A DNA stretch of 35,997 bases, from the NCBI RefSeq assembly GCF_001186125.1, contig NW_014040117.1, positions 1 to 35,997 of the forward strand, given 5' to 3'. Each line of letters opens with the position of its first letter. Position 1 is the stretch's first letter. Below the pieces are notes generated by a model. That model saw nothing but the letters and a program-made list of their open reading frames with translations. It was not told where the DNA came from and did not search any database. Below are positions 1 to 12,500 of this stretch, one piece after another. This stretch comes from Sphaeroforma arctica JP610. Lineage: Eukaryota. The position numbers and the translations under genes are program-made.

Positions 1-106
<106 letters not shown>

Positions 107-462
107 GATCATCTGCAAATCTAGTTTGAAAGTGTAGAAACTTCGCCGCACATAAAATCGCTATCCTTTGGGCTGTAATCTGCAGTTTTATTAGTATTCG
201 AATCTAAATTGATAGTATATAAAACCCCGCTGTGACGTACATAAAGTAACGTTTTCTGCCTTTATAATCACAAAAGCTGTAAGTAAAGCTTTTTTCTTGT
301 ATGGACAGTTTCTTTTGCAGTTTCTTGCGGGTGAGCTGTACTCTGTAGGCTTTTTGCAATGCGGACGGCATATTGAAATTACAGTACATTATACAAGAAT
401 ATACTCAGGCACTTTTTAAAACAGCTTACAGTTGCTACCGACTGGGCTATCTGCTCTACAGA
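107..462 (-). CDS. MSH4: Tentative further 3' exons of MSH4 (430-462, and one starting at 179)
   Basis: 430-462 is AG/GTAAGC-bounded and in phase (SVEQIAQSVAT). An exon after the CAG acceptor at 179 reads ITAQRIAIL, resembling the MSH4 C-terminal LAxRL motif. No stop codon was located; the gene may run off the window. Confidence 0.45.
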
Positions 463-558
463 CTGTTTTTGATGTTTTCAACTCAACTAAATCTCCGGTG
501 AGAAACTTTCCTACGAGAACGAATAAAGATGAATGCAATATATAGCTGTTCTTCTTAC

Positions 559-3500
559 ATTTGCTATTGGCTGTGCTGTACTCTTCAGACGTTTCGCAAT
601 GTCTTCAGCCTGAGTCACCACCGCCTCGGGGAGACCAGCAAATGTCGCAAGTGACAAGACTTTTGTGGGCGGCGAGTAAGGCAGGCGTGAGCTTAACTAA
701 GGTTGTGTGTGTGTGGCTTTTGATTCATGTGCTATATTACCGTGACCATGTGCGTGCTGATACCAAATGTTATGCAGTCGATATCACAATTCTTATATCG
801 AAATTTCTATTCACACGAGTGCGTGATTGTCACTACGTACGTATGCAGCTGAACTAGTGTTTGACGTCTGCTCACATCTGGCGTATACTTACTATGTTGA
901 CATGCGAATAGTGTACTTCTAAAATAAGAATTGTGTGCGATTACGCTAAACATCGATTGAAAACATTATGCAACGACTCCCATTTAGATTTGACTGATCA
1001 GTGTATATCTCTACAAGCAGACTCATTAGGCTGGAGCATCGAAACTACTTCAGTGTTATTTACAGATGTATGTAAGTAGTCGTTTTAAATACATGACACG
1101 CCAATTCACAATACGCCGCTTTTCGGGACACGAACTGCGGCTGATGCGTTAGAAGAAAAGTGCGTCACAACCCTTATAGATCTCTCCGAAGTATTCAACA
1201 CACATACACGGTACAAATTTTACACCATATTTATACTTTGCTACGTACTTGAGTGTAGATCGGCACCAAGCCCTCCCCCGGATTGCTGAGAAAGCTTGTG
1301 CGAGATGCCCACTGATTCGGAGATCACATCAATCTGCAAGTTTGCGAGTTATGTATCTCGAGGCTAAGCCGATTTTGTATTCCAAATATTTATCCTGTAT
1401 CTATAAAGGACTCTGTATGAAATTGATTACAAGTAATACCCGATGCTGTTCTGACATTCACAGAGCGAAAGGTCATACATTTGCATTAATATTGGTGGCT
1501 ACTTGAAAATAAAAAATAGGATAATACCTGGATCGGGTTAAATTTGGGATAAGTGAATGCAGAAAAAAAGGAAACAAAAGAACGACGTCCATCGCAAGGT
1601 ACTCGCATGCAATTTGTAGCGATGAAACAACTCCCTGATCGTAAAAAAAAGTTAATGACATGCAAGAAATTGTGGTGTGCGTACCTTATTCGACCCGTTG
1701 AACGTCAGGCTGTTAGGGGACACAGCATGCACAGAGCGAAAGATGATATGTTTATTTCGTGAGAATAGCATACTTTAATTATGTACGTATCAGCTGTGAC
1801 TTGCAAGTACGACAGATTTCAATGAGAATGTTCAGAGTTAATACTTTCTTAAAGTAGTATAAATAACGATGGCGTGACCGAACAACATATATCTACAACA
1901 ATTTAGTGATTGACATTACAAGCGGCAATATCATAGCGGATTGACGACCATTTTAATTTGTCGGTAAGGGTATAGTTGGAAGCCGGTCAGACTGAACCGT
2001 GCGAATAATGTGTATCATGTTGTATATATACTTTCTAAATCTCGTAAAGATCATCATAAATCAGCGTGCAAACAGTACACTCGCCACTTTCAAGTATTTG
2101 TCCTCGGCCACTCACCTTACCCTGTGAGTGAGATAGACTCATACATAGACACACACTTCCCGAGTTATATATAAGTGTAAAAATCCAAGACGTGAAACGC
2201 AGGTATAAAACTAATCAAGTATTGAAGATAATATTCTCAACAATCACATAAAATTTTCAGTGCTCAAAATCTGTACATAACGTATAAAAACCAATTCTCC
2301 CAGTGACGTAAACTTACGAAGTAATGGAGGGGTAGACATCACTCAGCGCGCCGACATCCGGATAGTGTGTGGCAAAGAGACAGAACGTGCCCGAATTCTG
2401 GTAATTTGATACGAATCCGTAGTTCGGTTAGTACACATACATTCTAGTCTCAGTGTGATCTTTGACGTTTGTAGCATAAATGAAAGCCCAAATGCAGTGT
2501 TTTCAACTGAAATATGCAGAGACCCTCCCTATTGTATATCCATTGGGGATGAGATCCATTGATGAGTGAAGTTGTGACGATGAAGTAGTCATTTCACTCT
2601 ACACTTACCGCCAGATACTCGCACACCGCACAGCATAGAGCACTGCCTTCGAGATCGGTAGTACCTGAGAACGATACAAGGAAGGCAACATTCGATGATG
2701 CAAGATAAGTTGCAGTCGATCGGTTAATCATTAAACTTTCAGGGCTAGCTTGTGTTTGATAATACAAGATTCATTGTCCAGATCAGTTATGTCTGGGGAT
2801 GAACAGAGAAGGCATCAGCTGAGGGTATGAGAATTATTGCATTATAGATACCAGAGAGAAATCGGAAAGCCTAAATTCAGTTTGACTGTGGTGGCGTAAA
2901 TTTATGGCACTCGGACCACAAAAGAGAAGTATTGTTACATCATGCACTGAAATTGAAAAATCGATATATCGTGATCGTAAAACAGTCCATGCAGCAAACC
3001 TGTGTGAGCTGTTCCATCGATTTATCTTTTCATACTGCCAATCACCACCACAGAACGCACACATCCCCTTACCAGTCATAGATAGACATACATACACCTA
3101 CACACTATGCACACAATCCAAATACACTTCTACACTTAGTAATTCAATTTTTCCCAGCTTTCTGATATTATGTGACTTAGTGCAAGCGATACTTTAAATT
3201 GTTACTCGACAAAGTGACTGACTGCTTCCTAGCTCATTTCAGCAATGTGAATATAACTTCTACACCAGTCAAACGTATATCACACTATAGAATGTATCAC
3301 CTTATTCTGACTCCTACTGGGATATGTACACTATTCTGAAAGAAATGTTAAACTTAAATCATCACACACCAGCGTATCTTACTCAAACCCGTATACAGAT
3401 GATTATACCTCATACATCAGTCGATCGTGTCGCTTATAACTATGACCTACCTCGTCCGAGCTCATCCACAATTACGAAGGATGATGGCGTCGCATTCAAC

Positions 3501-6500
3501 AGTATGTTTGCGATCTGTTTAGACTGTGAACGCAGAAGACATGACGACTAAAGCATTCAAACGTGCACTAGTAACACGTCTGTACCACTGATAGGTGAGT
3601 TGTTATGATTGTTTTTACTAGAATAAACACAAGGACCCTCTAACCAACCATTACAACTTCCCATTATTCTTTGCCGAGGCTTAGGTACGTACTTCGATTA
3701 TCTCAAACTTCACCTCTTACATCGTTATTCCAACGCAACAAGCGCGAAACCGGTAATAGACGGTTTTCGATGCATCAACAATCGGGTAGTATGTGGCAAT
3801 TCGTGTTGCACAGCTATGCCCGTTACGCGAAAATCTTTTAACTCTTGAAAGTAGACTCACAATAAATATTCATTCGCGCGCACACCATCCGATCTCTACA
3901 GTGAAGGTACCACGAGTGCCAGATAGGCCATATGAATGCAAGGGATTTCTGGTTATATACTTCACTGCGTATTAAGCATACACACTCCCAAATTACTTCC
4001 ATCGTGAATAAAAGCTACTACCAGTATATAGACCTCGTAAAGATGAATCAGACTCACATGTGTATAGAAGTGCTGTTGTTGACCTTCTGCGTGGAAGTTC
4101 TTCAACTAGTATCCCGGCCCTTTAGAAACACAATGCGCTAAGTGTAGACTTACCTCCATCATAAACGTGCTACTATTCGTTTCCAATTCAGAATCCGATC
4201 CGGCACGCGCAAACAAATGATCGCAGACGGAAAACGACGCGTAACGAGCAGGAACGTATAGGCCCATCTGTGCCTATTGCCGTAGAGTAGATGAAGTGCA
4301 TTAATCGACACAGCAGTAAGTTGAAAATGCTGAGTGTACGAACCAAGGGTGGCATACTTGAGTAGTGAGTGTAAATGTACACTTTCAACTGTGCAAAAAA
4401 GTGATGCTTTTTGTGCTGTGGATAACAGAAAGTCAAGATTTGCGGGAATGCTCGAACTTAAAACGATACACTCAGCGAGTGTGGACGTACAACAGCACAA
4501 CAGAGTTGTACTGCAGGATTGTACTCGCCTGAGGTAGCATATATACATTATATGTATAAACGCACAAACAAGTCGATGTCTACAGCGGTGAATTGTGTGT
4601 TGCGATTCTATCAGCCTGACAATGAACGCAGACAACAGCGGTAAGTGTATACGGGAGCCAATACAGGTAGTGGGGTAGTTTTTCTGGGAAACAAAAAATC
4701 GAAATATACTTGAATCGGATAGATTGTACACGCCGGAATGCAGCCCCTATATAACTATTTGGACTCTCCAGGGTGTGAATATAGAAGTTATATTTGTTGG
4801 AGTGTACGAACTAAAGAGAACACACTCGTATAGGGAGGTTGAATATACAGGGCCAAGTTTGCGCACAAAGGCGAGTTGAGCACAACATTGCAATGCTATT
4901 GCTATTGTATATATCCACATCTGAGATATCTATGTTCTAATCGTGAGATTTGTCCAATTTAGATGTATGTATAACAGTGATCTGGTGGACAGGGCCTCCA
5001 CGAGAGCAACTGCTGCAACTATGTTGCCTACCTGCCCACACCTATCGTACTATTATACATATCTCGAGAATATTTTGCGAGATGATTGCTAGTTAAGTTC
5101 GTTCGCATACCATAATCTGTAGGAGGGCCATCTGCTGCAAATAGGTTGACTTCCCGCTCTGTGTGTCAAAGGAATCAATGAATTTATCATCAAGCGATTA
5201 TGATGATGCACTGCAAAGCCAAAGCAATTGAATCATGGACAACTATATTGTATTCGTATTCATTCGTCATATCGGCACATTTGCAGTTCACAGTTCACGG
5301 CGCAACGATGGTATTGTAAACAAGCATCATAAATGGACTCACCCACAGAATAAACCAGAGTTTGAACTCTTATTCTACTTGTTTAGAACATGAGTTGGCC
5401 CTTAATATGCTGGTGCGATTATTCTGCTTGCCTCTGAGTGGCAGTTGACACCCGCACATTGGTACGCGATGCAAGTGTTATCCATTCCTCTAAATGTTCT
5501 AAATGTTCTCACTACGTTTTTGATGTCAAAGTTGTGCGTTCCCATCGGGCTCTTACCATATTCGGACCAGATATTACCAGCAAATTGGAACTCCTGCTCA
5601 TGTACACATCATTCGGTATCAGTTCCGGAGACAGCGACAGAGCCTGTGTATTGTGTTTCTCGATCTGTTACTTCGAATAAAATGATATAGTTTTACACAC
5701 AACTAGACTTGGCTGGGTTTAAAACGTCTACCAGTGATGAGGACTACATACTTAAATATTGAACGAATGCAGGTGGGGTTGAGATTCAATACTCCGGAAG
5801 TTCACATGTATTCGCTAACCAATAAGTCGTGCATAAGTACCTGTTTGACAACCTAACTAGAACACACTCGTACTTTGACGGATTTACAAACTATTATCCA
5901 CAGCGGTATAATAACTTATGCATGCACATGCGCATATCTACTGGGCTATCAAAGCTTCTATTGTAGCCAGAGTTGTGTATCTAGATATGTGAGACTTTAA
6001 CCTAGCCTACTAGCACTATCAATACAACTGGAGATTGCAGCCAAGATAAGGATCGAATCTCTGCCCCATACAACATTACCAACGTATCGGCAGCGTGGAT
6101 TGTCGATCGTATATGACAGATGCCTCAATAAAGCAAACACTGACCCTACAATATTTAGAATAATAAAAGTTCATAGCTACACTACACTATCACTGCAATG
6201 GGGCGTGATTCTGTAAATATCAAAATTCATTTGGCCACACTTCACTGCATGCCTGACGCGAAAACCGCTTGCGTATATTCGAAATCTGATATCATAATAA
6301 ATACTTTACCTCTATAATAGGGTGCCGACCATCCTTGATAACCAGGGTATTCGTAAAGTCTGGCTTGACTGTGAATACATTCGTAAGGTGGCACGCGTTT
6401 GAGACACTTGATGTTATCATTTTTACCATATCTAGCATTGAGCGAGTGTGCGTACAAAAAAGCTCGTGTAGATCGAGATAAACTTCAATTTGACTCGTAT

Positions 6501-9500
6501 AAAATTCAATAGTTACGAGATAGCAAACTCAATGACATTGTCTATACCGTACATTGTTCTCCAGAGCATGGGACATACGTACCATAGACGTCAGGTGCGC
6601 TCAGTACGGTGTGTGCGAATGACAGCAGCATGTCGGACATCGCCACACAGTCCACGAGCTGTGTTAGTCCAATCACAAAAAAGTGACTGATTACTGTTAT
6701 TATCTACCAATGTAATACCAAGGTTTAAACATAAACTACTTCGCCTAGGACCGTTTGCGTGGTTTGATGGAAGTAGTGAAAGATAAAATTCACATGAAAA
6801 GTATATGACTCACTATGTTTAGTTGTGAAATTCATCGCTGTTACTTAGATACTATGAACACAAATACCATTTATGAGAACTCCGGCAATCTCATCCACAT
6901 CCGTGGACCTAGACTAAAAGTCGTACCCCGAATAATAGCTGTTGACATTTGCACGAGTTGAAGAAAAAGCAACCCAAACCCAAATTCACGTCATTTCATT
7001 CAAGCATACCTTGAACAGCAGCCCCATATTGTCTTGTATATTGTGAAATATCTTGCCAACGACTCTGCATCGAGGGTTGAGAGGTGCGAACAAAGATTAG
7101 AAGCGACAATCAAGGCAACATACCCCCAACAGATAAAATTGCCGACTATAAAATTGTAAAATTGCTGACTTTTTACTTGGCAGGCACTTGGCAAGCGCAA
7201 AAGGTTGTTTATCGGTGCTTGGATAGCCTGGCGTGGACGTGTTTTCAATACACACATTGATATGTAAGATTGAACTTACATGCCACTCATCAAGTAGACC
7301 TCTTCCAGCGATTCCGCCATACGGTCTGTACCAAACCGATGCGCATGCAAAAGTTTCAAAGTGACTCGATTTAGTTGTCAACAAAGACTAATAGTTTCTT
7401 ATACGTCTCGCAGATAACTCATTGATATTGTCAGAAAAATATCTCAACATGTCTATAGAGATAGTTTGTATGTATTGACAGGCAAATCGAAAGGCTTCAC
7501 CGAGCAGGCCCACTTCGTAAGTCTCTTTGTTATCGGAGATTCTGCACGCTATCTTCATTCACACTTGTTGCACCTGGGGTAGAGCCATACCGTTGTAGCG
7601 GATCTAAAATTTAGAAAGGAGTTGATGAGTTAAGCAAAACAAAGCGGGGGGGGGGAGGGGTTGTGCATACCTAAAGCATGTGATACCTCTGACTTTGCTG
7701 TATAGTCCGAGTACGAGCTTTGGCGTCTTATATATAATACCTACCAGATCACGGGTGGTGCAGTTTGTTTGAGTTTTCTTCTTCATTGGCTGCTGTTGTA
7801 TAAAGATGTCTGGCAACGAACCAGTATTCAGGGGCTTCTCGACGATAATTCGATACCCTGAAGATATACCATGCGGCACCGTAGCTTAGCAGAACTCGGA
7901 TTTTTTCGTCACAGTAAGAGTATGGTATGTAGTGCCTAAAGCAGTCCCAAATATAGTTCAAAGGGCAAATCACATATTTAACGCCAATATTGGCGCAATC
8001 TTTTTCATCTCACAAAATTGGCCTCCTTGGAACCTTGACAGGTACTAGGATAGCCACTCTATAGCGTGTGCGCATGTACAGCTTATGGAAGTACCGGACT
8101 CGATATAAAATTGCTGTTCTCTATTTTATATACAGGTACATCTCATAAAAGCACCGGACTTGCTTACCTTTCGCGAGGCTATATACAGGCTGCAGCTTCA
8201 ACTTATAGTCTTCGCCATACTGCTGAATCAACTGCACAGAACCCAATAGGGTAGCCCATGGTCAGAAGTGGAAATACCTGCTTGCCTTTTCATCTGATCG
8301 CTATTTTCTCACGCAACGAATTGAACAACCACTTAAAATATTTTTCTTTATACCAGCAATATCAATTGATTATCTATACTTACTATACTATATGACTACT
8401 TGCATCTACTACTATTCTACTACCCAACTGCTGAACGAAAAGTAATGCCTGTCTGATGTGCGAGTCAACCAAATCACAATTACCAATGACTGTATTTCTG
8501 ATGCAAGGCACAAAATACTCGTCTGCTGGTTATGACTGCTGCTCAGGAATGTGAAAATAACAGTGTCTCCCATTACGAGCGAGACCTCTACTTAACAATA
8601 CCAGTGAACCTTTTTTTGTGAAACATCTTGTGTAATATGCCAAGTTTATGGTGAGCTGTATATACATTGACTGTGATGACTCGTTCGCGGACTAAAAACT
8701 GCTAGGTTGAGATTGTTGACTTAGCATTTGTGTTTAGTACGTATGAATAGTCTATCTACAATTTGAGCAATGTATTCTGGCAACCAGGCGACATTTACTG
8801 CTCAAGTATGCGCTGCATATCAGTAGATCGAAAGATTTATCGAACAATATTCAGCCTTTGAGTACTATACAAAATTGTGCTTACAGCTTCAATACAGCCA
8901 AGTCACAAGATACATTGCCTGGAGGAAATATCACATCAATTTTGTAACACACAATGCTTGGGGCGTCTTATATTTGACCTGCGATTTAGCACATACTGCC
9001 CGGCTGACATTTTGCAAATGTCTTGTGACACAAGACTGTAAAATCGATGAATATCTCCGTGTTTCTTTGTTCGGATGCATATATCGTAGATACTATGCAG
9101 CACATACCATTTGGATGGCTTCGATCGTCTCCGTGTACGTACCACGTGCTATATTAGAGTGAAAATGACTTTAGTTCTTAGATATTAATCGAAATATATG
9201 CGTAAACCCATAATATAACTTTTGCCACGTTCGGCATCCAGCATACATACCAACGTCAAGCAGTCCGTTCACCGATTCCTGCGTATCAATGATAGAAATG
9301 TTCCAGAATGAGCCTGTGAAAAAACCAAACAAATTTCTTATTCAGATATTCCAATGCAGTGGTTACTCGCATATTATTGCATGTAGCTGCCGTTTTGTTT
9401 TTGACGTGAAGTGTATACCAAGCACACCACACAGCCGCCCGACGGTTACAAACATACATAGATAACACTCAATATCTTCGAAGCATGCTTTTCTATTGAA

Positions 9501-12500
9501 AAGCCTGTCTCGTTGATGACTAAAATGCTGAAATCTCGCATGTTTTATGGCGTAATTCAGGGACTAATGTCACAACAATACAATACACTACTTATTTACC
9601 TCATACCTTCACAGCGAAGCACTTTTGAGTCTGCATTTTGACTGTGCTCCTGTGCCAAGTGGCTCCTTCATCTATGACTGTGGCAATAGTATCCCGCATA
9701 GCTGCATAGCGTTCATCTTTCAATAGCTGTATATTTAGTAGCGGCGATATAGAGATAATGACCTATATTGGCTCGATTTGGATGAGATTATGATCCCATC
9801 AGCGCTGCTGGCCAAATCGAGGTTTCTTATTAAGACGGCGTTACTTAGAAAATGTGTAACTAAATCGTACAGGACCCCAAAGTGCGACTAGACCTACCGC
9901 GCGCACGAAGCGAACATATGCAATTGTGCTGCAGTGCACACGAACTTATGGTTGCTGTACAATATTTCTGAACACATACATAGAACAATAGCCAGGTAAC
10001 TTCGTAAATGATGTTATGATGCAACTAGTGCACACAAGCCATGCAGCATGCACGCTCATGTATTCACTATCGTTTTTAGATACGACAAACCGCTTACGTA
10101 TTCTACAGCCTTATCAGGTACACGCATTATTTGGTACATGTACATTAAAACGAAAACAACATCAGAAAACAACGAATAATATTACATTTGGAGACACACT
10201 CACTGTTTTGTGCATGTTGGCACACGATATCACTGTAGGGATGTATAGATCGGAGATTGCGCAGCGACCTTCCGACGTGCAAGAGCAGTGAGTATATTGA
10301 TTTCCCAAAATAGGAACAAATTTCATCGAACGCCTCTCTCACGACTAAATATACGTACAGGTAAATTGAAATTAACATTCGAATATGCTTGCAGCCGCAC
10401 CTGCACTTGCATATACAAATGTACAAGAATCATCGTACCTCAGCGTAAGTCTTAAGCAGGGTGGATGATGCCATATCCAAAGCTTTAATCAGCGCTGGTA
10501 TTATATCCAGCACTGCAAACAACAAGGAGGGATAGCGACTTTAGTACAGAGTATATTCAATCTCGGCGTGCTTCAATCATTCGATTCATAGTGAGTTGGA
10601 GCGTGGTCCCTACTCAATGTTGCATGAAAACATTATACCTATATAATAATCACAAATCAACTTGAATGCTACAATCGTGATCGTTGTTGTCACCTACACC
10701 ATTATTCCAAAGGATATTGGTGATACGGCTACAATATGAAAACGTATTCTTCAGAAAAAAGATACCTTCCAGTATCTATAGTGGCTAGTTGTGGTGCACC
10801 ACACAATACACCTGTAGTAAATACAAGCTAAGCACAGATCTACACCTACCATGTTTGAGTTTGATGATGCATGTGATGTTTGCTTCAACTGTCCGGAGAT
10901 TCTCGCTAATCACGGGCTTGGCAAGCTGAAAGAAATAGCAAAGGATATCTCCGCGTGTATATATAGCGCCAACGCTTTGACGAAGCATCGCCACCTATTC
11001 CAAAACAAAGTTCAAAAAGAGAAACAACATTACAGTTCTTCCACTTACAGTCACTAGGAGATGATCCAAATCAAGAAACCTGCCCAGTACGCTCTTGAGC
11101 ATATCGAACAAATCCTGGTAATGAAGTACAAGAATAAACACGGTTAAAGTGGAGCAGTCAACAAATTTACACTCTATTAATGTATACAATTACGGTTAAA
11201 ACAGTTTTAGATTTTGATGGCTAGAATAACTATTGATCTATACGTCTATAATGAATTTAGATTTACACCGCTATATCAATTTTAAATTTCTACGGCTATA
11301 GCAATTATGTCGATAAATCATATGAACTAGTGTTTGCGACGAGCCCATACCTCATTCTGCAGTAGCTCCTGTACACTTTCCTGTCGTGTCTGTATGGTGG
11401 CTACATCTATGCGCATAGAGCATTTGAAGTGTTGTTGAATTAGTGCAATTGGTTGTATACGTCTCCACCGCAATAAATATTAGCACTCGGTATGTACAAG
11501 CACAGAACATTTGTGTACCAATTATCATGTGCACACTCTAGACAACCAAGTGCGATAAATATTGTGGCAATCTTAAAAAACACATACATAATACACGTGC
11601 AAATATATCAAATCTCGCGAAGTTTGTAGGTGACGACGGTAAAAGAATCTAGTGTCTTCAAAGACTGCATTACAAAAATGATCCTAGCAACATCGAAGCG
11701 ATGTATTCACAATCTAATCGCAATTGTAAACCTGCGCTTAATCCGCATGGGACGTTACGTATGATGAGTGCACAAGCACTTGTCGGGATTGCAAAGGGTG
11801 ATATTTGATGAGGGGGATGAGCCATGGGTGGTACCGGCTATGCTCCGAAGCAGGATACTACCGTTACTACAAATAGCGCATTGATGCACAAAGATACTAC
11901 TTTTTCAATATTGACGTAGGCATATATGGCATGGAAATGTAAATGATGTCCTGAATATCTAGATGCATATGCCGACAATCTGCCTTCGAGCAGTATAAAG
12001 GTAAACATATTACTAGCGGAGATCGACTACACAAAAATGTCTGATAACCCGGGCAGTTCCAGTAATTTTTGGTCGAAACCTAGGTCACGTGACACACTAC
12101 TATCGTCAGCAGAGTGTGCATCGCGTATTTATTCACCCGCCATATAAATTCAGGGTACAGTGAGCATTTACCAATACAGTTATGGAGTACGGTATTCCGC
12201 ACTACAAGAAACAATTAAAGCTAGAAGATCAACGTTCGGGCGAGCTGCACCCATTTAATTTACTGTAGCATGTACCTGTAGAAGGCTGCAGTATATTCAT
12301 GCGTAGCAGTCTCGCTCCGCCGGATGTGTGTGTTTGGTTTAACACATCAAGTAGCGAACTCTTCATCTGAGTTTTAAAGTTTGGCATTTGAATCGATCAG
12401 AAACCCCGGTGGATATTTAAATGTTGTATGCCAAAGTCGAGTTATCATTAGACTATAAACACCTCGTTTTAATGGTAATGAATAGATCTTCGACAGAATA

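Noticed and set aside
463..510. Acceptor at 510 giving ESFSPEI-stop as the MSH4 end
   Set aside because: It needs a 48-nt intron, about half the shortest other intron, and would drop the C-terminal helix. Not fully excluded.
1575..1640. ACEYLA peptide resembling the MSH4 exon VCEYLA (duplicated or alternative exon)
   Set aside because: No suitable donor or phase, out of order relative to the FATHY exon, and similarity is limited to five residues.
4330..4870. Weak similarity between about 4333-4400 and 4800-4870 (gagtgtacgaac...)
   Set aside because: Only a 12-nt exact core; at most an old intronic duplication with no element structure.
3620..5460. Plus-strand lipase-like snippets (PIILCRGLG near 3660, NDGIV near 5305) as a nested antisense gene
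   Set aside because: Short matches, nearby stops, no GxSxG motif and no consistent exon chain; likely chance within MSH4 introns.
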